The notes under the pieces were generated by a model that was given only the letters and a program-made list of their open reading frames with translations, made no database searches and had not been told where the DNA came from. The position numbers and the translations under genes were made by a program. DNA of 64,000 bases, from contig NC_092354.1 of assembly GCF_963676685.1 (NCBI RefSeq), positions 58,218,001 through 58,282,000 on the forward strand, read 5' to 3'. Shown piece by piece: positions 1-11,100 of this stretch. The stretch is from Mytilus edulis. Its lineage: Eukaryota. The number at the start of each line of letters is the position of its first letter. Position 1 is the first letter of the stretch.

Positions 1-1035
1 TTTTTAAATGAATGCTTAGTGATGTTGAATGATCACAACAAAAGAATGTGCATTACCATGGTAGCCTAACATTTCATTTTCAGAAATTTAAAGAAGAAAC
101 TTAAAAAATCCAATTTGGTATTCCTTCAAAATGCACCGATAAAATCCTTGAAATTAACATAATACAGAGTTCTCATCTACTAGTTTTTATATGCCAAAAA
201 TCAGATATTTGTTATTTCAAATAAGAAAAATAATACATCTTGGTCATATGGTCATACAGAAATTTGATAGGAAAAATATATAGGAGTGCAAAATTCTACC
301 AGAGTTATTTCCCTTAGTACAACTGTTTCGTTGTTTATGTTGAAAATGAAAATAGTTTTTGAAGCAGACACACGAAATTGTTTGCAATTTTAACACAATC
401 TGCACTACAGATGAGTGTTCTGACGATGTAACTGATATCAACATATATGACAAATATATAATTGAAACTGAATATGGTCTTTTGCCAAATAATTGTACTG
501 ATTTTGATATTTGTTCAACCCATTTAACCAAATATTGAAAAGAAGATCGGATTTGAGAAATAGAAAAGTATGTCAGCTACCTTCTTTGATAAGTGCACAT
601 CCTCCAGTAGCATCACATTCTTTTGTCGGTACTAAAAAGCCAAAGCCTATACGCAATACCACCATCAATGATGTAGAGAAGATTCAGAAGTGTTATGGCC
701 TCACACTTCCTATTGGAACACGTAAGTTAAATAAATCTAAATTATATGTGACTGTTTATTTTATTTTTCAATTGCCTGGTAGTTAACAGTTGTTTGATAT
801 TGTTTTGCATTTATTCAACACTTGTTGATATCATGGAGTGGTGTCATGTTATTGATTATCCGTACTGCTCTGTTAGTTTGGATATTTATGCATGTTTTTT
901 TCTTAATGATCCTTTATGACCTGTTTAAATTTATACTTTAAATTAAATAAACCCATGATTTGTATCTCGCCTAGTCAAAAAGCGACTCATACGTATCCTG
1001 TTGCCAGCATTGGTGGCATACGTTGTGATTTGATC

Positions 1036-1297
1036 TAGTTTATTTGTGAACCACTAGCATAATGCCACTAAATACATAATAAATGTAGTTTATTTGTGAA
1101 CCACTAGCATAATGCCACTAAATACATAATAAATGTAGTTTATTTGTGAACCACTAGCATAATGCCACTAAATACATAATAAATGTAGTTTATTTGTGAA
1201 CCACTAGCATAATGCCACTAAATACATAATAAATGTAGTTTATTTGTGAACCACTAGCATAATGCCACTAAATACATAATAAATGTAGTTTATTTGT
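1036..1297. repeat. Minisatellite, 50-bp unit, ~5.2 identical copies
   Basis: Unit tagtttatttgtgaaccactagcataatgccactaaatacataataaatg starts at 1036, 1086, 1136, 1186, 1236, plus a partial copy. Confidence 0.97.
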
Positions 1298-1774
1298 TAT
1301 GTTATATACCTTCACATTTATTTAAAATAATTTCAGATTCATCTTTCAAAAGGAAGAGAAATAGCAGATCAGTCATCAGTGACAAAAAGATTATTCATTT
1401 ACAGAAGTCGTTTTCAACCAACTTTAAAGTTTTTATTAGAACGACCGAGAGTTGCAATTGATGATAACCCGGAGATTGGTGGACATTGACAGAAGAAAGG
1501 AAGATAAAGCTATTCAATGTAAACCAATGCCAATAAGATGGAAATATGCATAGACCGTTGTCTTAATGATGACAAATAATTTTAAATATGACATTAGAAC
1601 AGTATGCTTTATGTTTTACATGCAAAGCAAAAGGTAATTTCACTGATTGACAGACTTTTGTAGAAGCTTCATTTGGTGAAGTACGGTAACCTTGGCAACC
1701 GAAACTCTGTTTATCAATATTATAAAGCTCAAAAAAAAATTCAAATATTAAATAAAAAATCAGCACAAAAAAGT

Positions 1775-2290
1775 ATATAGATCTTCCGATTAATATAAAT
1801 TACAAAGTGCGAAATTTCATGCGCTTATGATAAAAACATTTTTTAAGATACAGTGGGATATGTGAAATCACTCCTTTTCCCCCTTTTTTTTTACAAAAAA
1901 CTCAATAACTCTTTAATAAAATATTGAATCATAAACAAAACGTATCCAGGTCTTCAGATTACAAGTGTGCAATTTTTCCCGAAAATCATAACTAGGTTTT
2001 TTGAGATACGGCGCGAAAGGTGAAAAAAAACTTTAAAAAAACAACTTAATAAATCTAAAATAAATATTTGAATCATCACCAACAGATAGACAGATCTTTA
2101 AATTAATATAGCTAAGAAGTATGCGAAATTTCATGCAATAATGAAAAAAAGTTTTGAGATACGGCGCGAAATGTGAAAAAACACCACCCCTGTTTTAGTT
2201 ACACAGTCCCTCAATTTAAATATATGTTTCCCCGACATATTTCGTACGATAACACATGAATGGAATATTTGTTAAAAATAAACATCAAAA
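1775..2290. repeat. Diverged ~150-bp tandem repeat belonging to an interspersed family
   Basis: Motif 'gtgcgaaatttcatgc...ttttgagatacggcgcga...tgtgaaaaaa' recurs about 3 times; the same family occurs at ~12820-13030 and ~22470-22680. Confidence 0.6.
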
Positions 2291-2843
2291 CATGTTAGAA
2301 AGATTGTGATTACACGGACATTATTGAATACATCCTGTATATCGATTGTAATGAAATCAGTCAACATAAACCTGTAACATCTGTTGTCATGGTTATCTTT
2401 CAAAAATATATTTAAAATCATATTTCCTGGAATTCTAATAAATAGATTTCACGTCTTTTTCATCGATCTTAAAAGTTATATCGTAGCATATATTTTCTGG
2501 GCGATATCTTTTTGAGCTCAATTTATTTGCACCAACGCTTCTTCTGCGCCACTTCATTTTAAAACTATCGGTATCATTTGCGCCAATAAAATAAAACATA
2601 TAACTACGCCAAATTTATTTATTTGTTTTTATTTATATATATCAACTAAATGATTGACTCCTCAATTTTCCGGATTTGGTACTAGTTGCTTACTTACTGG
2701 CTGTATTAAAGTAATTTAAATACAAAAAAAACATACTGAATTAAAACGTTCACTCATGGCTATTTATTTTAGGTATTTTGGACATACAGCTCTTCAGCGA
2801 TTTCGGTACTTAAACGTCTTCGGATTTCAAATGTTTGGCTTTG

Positions 2844-2887
2844 AGTGTACCTGATGAAGATAAATCCAGAAAAGCGCGTCGGACGCA
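2844..2887 (+). ncRNA. Type I minimal hammerhead ribozyme (second family, somewhat degenerate)
   Basis: gtgtac-CTGATGA-agataaatcca-GAAA-agcgcg-TC-ggacgc; core intact, stems imperfect. Confidence 0.6.
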
Positions 2888-3867
2888 AGAAAATATTAAA
2901 CGTTTTGTTTTCAATATATTTACAGTTAAAACTGTAATATGTCTATGTTCATCATTAAACAGAGTCCCTCGTAGACATATATTGCACTCGCAAGCTCGTG
3001 CAATATAAAATTCTACTCGGGACAATAATCCCCAATATTTATGTAATAACCCTATATTATTGTATATCAACAATATATTTCATAATTATAAACACACCAA
3101 AATTTAGCTTGATATCATTTTAACTAGTGGACGTACAGCTCCACATAAGTGCCATCTTTACGCTCACAGAACAGTATCATTTGAAATAATTGGAACACCT
3201 TCTGCCGTCTGTGACCCTCACTGATAGTCAAGACAGTTAAGAAACTCCGCAATGTATAAGACAAATCAAGTGTATCCCCTTATGAACAATACTTATTCAA
3301 AACATCATAATTAAACCTAACATAATGGTGAGTGAAAACCCCATACGTAAAAAAACAAGTGATCAAAATATAACACACGATAACAACAACGCATATTCCT
3401 GACGATGTTAAATGTTCTACGATGCAGGATTGTCTACAATCATATGGCAGTACTGATATACAATTCTTTTGTTAAGAAATAACAGGACAGTAAATGAAGA
3501 GTTTAGCACGTCGGTTGTCTAAGCTGACAACAGCAACACTTAAACTACAGTACAATACTGAAATGCCTTGAATGAACTGTATCATTCAATTTTGTATTTC
3601 TATTTTTTAGTTATTGTCATTTCACTTTACGTTCCGCTAAATAGATGACGTCCTCTAATTAGATAATTAATAGTTTGGTGACAACGTTGAACCCATTTAT
3701 TATATCGAATTTGAAATAAAGGATACAACAATCTCTGGGACAAGTTTGCAATTCCGCTAAGTGCAGAAGTTGTCACCTTAATTTTTGGAGTTAAGTCAAA
3801 ATGATGTTGATAACTTGGTTGGTATTGGTTCCCTGATATTTGTCCTAAAAATTTTTGGCTCTATCAC

Positions 3868-4400
3868 CACTGTTGAAAAAGATTTTTCCTCAAGGGGATT
3901 TTTTTTCCTCAAGGGAAACAAATTTCCCTTCGGGAATTTGCTGCATAAGTATTTCCTTTGAGGAAAATCTATTTACTTAGAGGAAATTATATTTCCTGAG
4001 AGGAAATTCTATTTCCTTAGAGGAAATTATTTTTCCTTTGAGGAAATTTGCGGCTTCACATTTTCCTCTGAGGAAATTCTTTTTCCTTTGAAGAAATTTG
4101 CGGCTTCACATTTTCCTTTGAAGAAATTCTATTTCCTTTGAGGAAATTTGCGGCTTCAAATTTTCCTTTGAGGAAATACTTTTTTCTGTGAGAAAATTTG
4201 CAGCTTCAAATTTTCCTTTGAGGAAATACTTTTTCCTGTGAGGAAATTTTTTGACAAACACTTTTCCTTGAGGGAAAATTCCAGACAACAAATTTCCTCT
4301 AAGGAAGTCATTGTTCTTCAAATTTCCTTTAAGGAAATTTCTGAACATCAAATTTCCCTTAAGGAAATGTTTTCCCCTATTGTTTCCTCTACAGAAATTT
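3868..4400 (+). mobile_element. CACTA/EnSpm-like terminus with a subterminal array of ~20-bp palindromic repeats
   Basis: Begins CACTGttgaaaaa at 3868, followed by ~20 copies of tttcc(t/c)nnnaggaaa(tt); the array is certain, the superfamily is inferred. Confidence 0.5.
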
Positions 4401-4659
4401 CATAACAGTACAAACAGTATAAATATATTTTTTCCTAGACTGAATTATTGATACAAAAGATAATTAAAACTTTAATACAAGTTTTCATGGTGAGTATTAC
4501 ATATACAAAAACAAAAGACTGACTGTTTAACATGTTTAAGACAACACATTAATAATCAAAACGCTATGAATATCATACCATTTGTGATGTTATTAATATT
4601 GTGCTCATATTTGTACATTAAATAACCATTAAATAAACACTTTTCATGTTAAATTAACT

Positions 4660-6290
4660 TGTCTTCTGTTTCAGCTGCTGTGTACAATTATTCGACCCCC
4701 TACATAACAGTTCAGTGCATGAATAATTCCATCCACAAGACATCTTCCTTCAATTGGTTGAATAAATTTTAGCAACTTGTTCTTCAAACATCTTCTCTGT
4801 ATATTTGATATGATGGAGCCATGTACATTTGTACATGAATGGATAAAGCAGGTGTTTATTTCGACAACAAACATGACAAAGATACTATTTTTTTTCTTAG
4901 TTTCTCCATAATCCATCAGTGAATATGTAGGTTGTTACATTTTATACAATTGTGTTCTTGTGCATCTTTGATAGTACTCCATTTTGTTTATAGCAATTTT
5001 GTAGAATTTTTTCTATTTCTTTTTCCAGAAAAACACACAGTTCATTTCACATTAATTAGTCCAATTAGCACATTATGTAGAAAAGTATTAACAATTAAGT
5101 TTCCTCTGCAGTATAGACCTGCAGGACCTGTTGATGATCATAAAAACCAAGATATCTGGATCTATAAATACACAAAATAAAAAAAGAATGTTATAAATGG
5201 AGGTAGCAATATAAATTAGCTTATTTTATCATATTTTAATGAACATTTTGAGAAACTTTCATTTAATATTCTTACTTATGAGTTCTCTTATTTCAGTGCT
5301 TTGTGTCCAAGATTTAATATTCGTTAATTAGTGTCTTGCAGTGATATTTTATGTTGAGACACTTCCAATAGTTGTTATAGAATGTTCATATGTTGTGTTA
5401 TTTGAACCACTGTCCTTTAGTATGGTAAGGTTGAGTGCTCACAGACATGATTTTTTTTTATTAATTGTTATTGACTTTGAACATGTTGAACTAAATTGGA
5501 TTGTTTAAATCTTTTCATGTTGGGATCTTTATTGGCTGACCTATAAAGGAAGTGTTTTCTCATTATGGAAGGCCGGCCCATCATTGGCCTTTAATTTCTT
5601 GCATCCACTTCATTGAACTCTGGTGGATAACTCACTCGTGTACCATACCACATCTTCTTATTTTTATACGAGTCATCATTCAAAGGCAATTACTTTTACT
5701 ACTGTAATTCAGAAATTATCAAGAGGTTTTTTAGTAATGCGAATAATGTGACTGGGTGAGTATCGCAAAAATAAGGACTCATATTTTGATAACAGAAACA
5801 TATAATATATAGATCTTTATGCAGATTTATGTTGTAATCACAATAAGTTGTTCATTCGTGAAAAATCACAATAATAAATGCAAGCAATAATTTCTGAATT
5901 TACAGTATATAGAAGTGGTCTTACCATTTAGGCCTTGTTGTATTCTGTTTATCTTGTTTTTCAGCTCATTCCTATTGTAACTGTTTATATTTTTCTTTAT
6001 TTTTCTATTTTTTTTTGTCCTAAATATAAAAATGGTAAAAACTATTATTAAACATCAGTATGTGTTTTTCTCTAAATACAATAATATTTAAAAAGAATGG
6101 AATATTTGTGCTATTTCATTTCACAGACTTTTTGCCAGTCACCACTTTCAAAGACTTTCACCCTGGTCAATAGTTTAAAAACAAACATTCACTTTTTCTT
6201 CGTGTTCGTACTAATTTTTCATTGGACAACAAAGACATGATTCAACTATTCTTCTATGATTTGTTCGCTTGACTACGTTAAACTCTGAAA
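4660..6290 (-). pseudogene. Degraded multi-exon coding relic, probably the internal gene of the adjacent transposon
   Basis: Minus-strand frame ~4660-5160 reads as protein with stops (YLCHVCCRNKHLLYPFMYKCTWLHHIKY...); further exon-like blocks with splice signals at ~5925-6020 and ~6130-6285. Confidence 0.3.
5702..5905. mobile_element. MITE with TIRs and TA target duplication (Tc1/mariner-like)
   Basis: ta|ctgtaattcagaaattat ... ataatttctgaatttacag|ta. Confidence 0.8.
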
Positions 6291-6367
6291 TATTGTTCAC
6301 AGGGTAATCTGTATGTGTATCACGCGTCAACATTTCAAATTAATATATATTACTTACAGAAGCAATT

Positions 6368-7310
6368 CAACAAGAGGCTCTCAAGAGCTTGAAGAGCTCA
6401 CCTGAATTTCTTTGAATCAATCTTCCATTTGTGATCGTTTTACTCCTATGTTCCATTTTAGCCATGTAACTATAAAGTTACTATGTGTCTTGACGTAAAA
6501 GGAAATAAAATACAAACTTCATGCTAGTTACTCTGAAACTCATTCAGTCCAAGTTTGGATGCAATACATTCCGCACTGTCAAAGGAGAAGATTCTTTGGA
6601 GTATTAGGCAAACTACACATTATTTATGTATGTGCCTGTCCCAAGTCAGGAGCCTGTAATTCAGTGGTTGTCGTTTGTTTATGTGTTATATATTTGTTTT
6701 TCGTTCATTTTTTGTCATAAATAAGGCCGTTAGTTTTCTCGTTTGAATTGTTTTACATTGTCTTATCGGGGCCTATTATAGCTGACTATGCGGTATGAGC
6801 TTTGCTCATTGTTGAAGGCCGTACGGTGACCTATAGTTGTTAATGTCTGTGTCATTTTGGTCTTTTGTGGATAGTTGTCTCATTGGCAATCATACCACAT
6901 CTTCTTTTTTTATAGATGAACAAATTGTGAAAAATTGTCTTTAAAAGGCAATAACTCCTTATGGGGTCAATTGACAATTTTGGTTGTATTAATATCATAT
7001 TTGTAGTCCTTACTTTGCTAATTATATTTGCTGTTTACAGTATATCTTTATCAGAGATAGAATTCAAAATAATAACCAATAAAAATACTACGCATGGTTC
7101 AGCTTGATACGACCGTACAGGTTGAATCCTGAACAGTTGGGGCAAGTATGGACACAACATTCAAGCTTGATACAGCTCTGAGTTTTAAATTTGGATTGTT
7201 ATTCAATAGTTGACACAGAATGAATTTGGTCTAAGTACTTAAAAATTTTAAATTGACAATTAACCTCTAATATGGTCCAATACTCAAAATCTTAATACAT
7301 GGTTAGTCTA
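6368..7310. mobile_element. Degraded Helentron/pearl-like repeat fragments with a nested interspersed repeat (~6620-6915)
   Basis: 5' end 'gaggctctcaagagc...gctcacctg' resembles 40789; core matches 41030-41150; 7085-7220 is an inverted match to 62045-62180. Confidence 0.55.
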
Positions 7311-7375
7311 GAGTTGTTTTATTAGCACTAAAACAACATCTTCTGATTGATATTTAGGTCATGCAATATTTAGTT

Positions 7376-7640
7376 TTGCAAAAGAGGGACAAAAGATACC
7401 AGAGGGACGGTCAAACTCATAGATTGAAAATAAACTGACAACGCCATGGCTAAACATAAAAAGACAAACAGAAAAAAATAGTACAGAAGACACATCATAG
7501 ACAAAACTATGGACTAAGTAACACAAACCCCACCAGAAACTGGGGGTCATATCATGTGCTCCAGAAGGGTAAGCAGATGCTGCTCCACATGTTGCACCCG
7601 TCGTATTGCTTATGTAATTACAAATCCGGTACAGAGTCGG
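7376..7640 (-). repeat. Abundant interspersed repeat resembling the 3' region of Penelope-like elements
   Basis: Shares 'gggtaagcagat' and 'aaactgacaacgccatggctaaa' blocks with 28565-28760 and 47690-48090, and inverted with 44915-45050, which directly follows RT sequence. Confidence 0.6.
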
Positions 7641-8181
7641 TTTTGAAATATGTACTTATTGTTGACAGCTTGGCGACTTGTTTTTGTAATTATATGAAGC
7701 AAAATTAGAACAAACACTTTTCAAATGCTTTTCATCTCATTCAACCAAATGAATTTGAACTGAACATATAGCAAAAACTAGAAATATAAAAACCAAAACA
7801 GAAAATGGGGTATGTAGAGGCAACTGTATTTTACAGATGTTCAAAAGTCATAAACCGATTGAGAGAAAACAAATCCAGTTTACACATTGCCAATGTGACA
7901 ACTCTCCATTAGAGACCAGATGAAACAGAAAATCTATCATGTGCGCAGTTGTTTTTTTGCATTAGGCAATGTATTACGTTTATATAATGTCATTTAAGTA
8001 CAAATGTGTCTGCACTGGATGCAGGTTTAATGTGTATTGAAACATTTATTCAGCTGATCATTTCCAATGTTTCAACGCTCTCAAATGTTTTCTGTAATTT
8101 TTCAATCATTTAAGCATTTTGGAAGATACACTTTATGCACATAAGAACCTATCCTATTCTTTTCAAATATACAAACACGTT

Positions 8182-10010
8182 TTATATATACACATTTTTA
8201 ATAATGCAATTTTGGAGAAGGTAACCCGTAAAATAGCCCCAATCGCCACTTATAGTTTGCGATCCTCGGCCTGGATAATGACGCACTTTGACAACATCTC
8301 CCTTGTGCAGATATATTACGGCATTCATCGATCCTGCATTTGCTCCACCGCTTGGTGCATGTCCTTTCGATATTTCGCTGCTGTTCTTTACAATTTGAAG
8401 ATGTAAAGATGTACCTGTCTGTAGAAATGTACAGGCAAAGAAGTATATTCCATCAAAGGGTGCTGTGAAATGACCCGTGTGTTGGTTATATGCTTTACCA
8501 ATATTGGTTATCACGTGATCAAAAATTACAGTCTGTGTCGAACCAAGGGTTACTTGTGGAGTCAATCGTGCATGAAAGGCAACTTTATTGGAAGGAATCG
8601 CTGAACCTGCTATTTTAAAAAAATTAAAAAATCAACGGTTGTATCCACTTCTGATGCATACATGTCTTATTCACATCAAGTCTAAATTAAAAAAAAAATT
8701 CATACTTGTAAATGTATTTAGATGTATGTCTTCTTTTATGAATTATAATTATGTGATATTTGCTCTACTCTTGAATTGTTTTTATATATTTCAATTTTAT
8801 TGGAATATGTCCTATATCTAAATTTATATAATGTATTTTTCACAATAAATTCTTTTGTTACACATTATTTAAAAAATTACAACTGGGAATTTTATTGTGA
8901 AAACTTAAATTTGGTCAGTCTTTCAAAAATCACATTCTCAATATTGTTTAGTGACTGAAAACTGTATGCATAACTATTTGTTTTACTTCTATAAAACATT
9001 TAACTTACTCTCTCCAAGAAGTCTGTTGGTTCTCTGAAGAGTATCAATTGCTTCTATTACTGCTGCTTTTGCTTTACCTACAAAATATACAATAAACTCA
9101 TGATAGATACCAGGATTGCAATTTTGTATTGGCGCCAGACGCTCGTTTAGTCTATAAAAGACTCATCAGTGACGCTCAAATCGAATAATTTTGAAAAGTC
9201 CAAATCAAGTACGACGTAAGAGCTTTGATGACTTAAATTCAGAAAAAGTTTATCCACATCCCATCCAGCTAGAGGTTAGATTAGATTATTGTGAATACAA
9301 TATACTTGATCTGTACCATTTATAATTCAGACCTGTTGCAAAATAAATAAAATGTTTCAGAGCTATGACCATCAAAGATGAGTGATGTAGCAGGATGAAA
9401 TTCCAATTAAACATGTTAGCAAAACAAATTAAATAGTCGTTATGTTCAAACAGTGAGTAAATAATTAATCTTTAACCAGAAAAACATCTTTCAAATCACA
9501 TTATTATGTAATATGGACGATTACGATTTTGCGCTTAATAATTTAAGAAGAACTCATACGTTATATGTAAGATAAGATAAGACAATTTATTTTAAGTCGG
9601 GTTATATAAAATACTACAAACATAAGCTCTGTAGAGCTTTTGCCGACTTTAATAACAATAACAACACATAAAATATTAAGACACATAAGACAGATACAGC
9701 ATACACAATAGACAATATAAAGACAGCTATATTGTATAAGCAAAGGTCATATATATAAATCAAGCACAAGCAGGTAAAGCACTACACTAGATTATAAGCA
9801 CATGCACAGCAGACAAATAAATAAGATGAGCTATTTCTAAAAGTCAGGCCCATTGTCGTCATATTGACATGAAAAACACGTATATCATTATTATGTAGAG
9901 AAACGCAGCTTGGACTACTTACCAATTTTTCGGCAACAGTCATCTCCACCATAAACATATGTAATACTTATGCATGTTATAAACAATAGGCTAATAAAAA
10001 TATACTTCAT
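8182..10010 (-). CDS. Secreted C1q-domain-containing protein (C1qDC), copy 1, 193 aa, three exons
   Basis: complement(join(8182..8606,9009..9077,9923..10010)); all introns GT-AG, phase 1; signal peptide MKYIFISLLFITCISITYVYG, DDCCRKI, short helix GKAKAAVIEAIDTLQRTNRLLGES, gC1q motifs VAFHA..VIFDHVITNIGKAYNQHTGHFTAPFDGIYFF..LHKGDVV..FTGYLL; AATAAA at 8050-8045. Confidence 0.93.
9131..9177 (-). ncRNA. Type I hammerhead ribozyme with mutated core (GAAA to TAAA), in intron 1 of C1qDC copy 1
   Basis: Minus strand reads gagcgtca-CTGATGA-gtct tttat agac-TAAA-cgagcg-TC-tggcgcc. Confidence 0.75.
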
Positions 10011-10529
10011 TTTTGCTTTAAAAATTATTTCCGTATTAACAAACTGGTCGGTATGACATGAATCTTTAACAATGTGGTAAAGTGCTATTTCATTACCTTA
10101 CATATTATCATGAAGTTATTAGATACCATAATGATCATATTGCGTGCTAACAAATGACAATACAACCAATACAATAAAAAAGTGCACGTTAGATTTTTAG
10201 ATTGCAACATTTATTGACCAGTATTTGTATGCTGTATATGTCAGATGGTCAAAAGTAAAATCACAAAAATCCTAAACTCCGAGGAAAATTCAAGGGGTAG
10301 TATTGCTGGTTGATTATCCAGCGGCACAAATTACAATCTAAGGTGCCCTATATCTGCCATGGAGAAACTGAGTTGACATAATTAATCTCGATAAGTCATC
10401 AACATTTTTTTGACGATTTCTATCTCCACTATTTATCTACATAACTGGTAAAGATAATCCGTTATCGTATACTTTGTATACTAAACAAAGAATAGTGGTG
10501 ATAGGAGTTTAATGTATTTTTCGTATTTT

Positions 10530-10830
10530 GCTGATAGACATCGTATCAATTTCAAATACTTTTTCAGATGTATCTTCATTTAAAGCAGGTGTACCTCAAG
10601 GGTCAGTTTTTGATCTTATATTATTCTTAATATTAATTAATGATTTGCCTTTATGTAATCCTAATCAAAATACAGATCTTATTGCTGATAATAGCACTAT
10701 TTCGGTAATTGGGATAACCAAATGGTATATAAGTCAGACACTCAAATATTTGTCATTGGTTTGATGAAAACAAGTGTTATTTAATGTGTAAAAAACTAAG
10801 ACAATGTGAATAGGTTCAAAAAGTGTGGTG
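10530..10830 (+). mobile_element. Degraded non-LTR (CR1/L2-like) reverse transcriptase fragment
   Basis: GVPQGSVFDLILFLILINDLP...LIADNST matches the LINE RT motif GVPQGSxLGPxLFxIYINDL...FADD. Confidence 0.75.
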
Positions 10831-10989
10831 AAGAGGACATACTTCTTTAATCGAAAACATGTAATCATTTAAATATCATATAAATCTATATTCATTGGTT
10901 TTAATTGTAATAGTGTACTCTACTTTACCCAAAAGCACAATTATTTTATTTATTTAGAAATAAAAAAACAACATAATCTATGATTACAG

Positions 10990-11100
10990 ATAAAGTACTA
11001 GACCCGATTCGTAATATTGACTGTTGGCCAGTGTGTTTGATCTTCTGTCCAAATGGAAAAGTTATGGACGCACGTGCTTGTCCAACATGCCAATATACAT
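10990..11100 (+). pseudogene. Orphan antistasin-like domain exon (phase 1-1)
   Basis: ttacag|...|gtaagt, 111 bp; (D)KVLDPIRNIDCWPVCLIFCPNGKVMDARACPTCQYT fits the antistasin pattern C-x3-C-x3-CPxG-x3-D-x2-GC-x2-C-x-C with G>A and the last C>Y. Confidence 0.65.

Noticed and set aside
244-1562. Coding-like stretches with a possible intron at 722-1336
   Set aside because: Multiple stops and no recognisable domain; cannot be assigned
4106-4351. 81-aa ORF
   Set aside because: Arises from the palindromic repeat array
8119-8406. Plus-strand ORFs overlapping C1q exons (also 20858-21082)
   Set aside because: Antisense shadows of the real minus-strand coding exons
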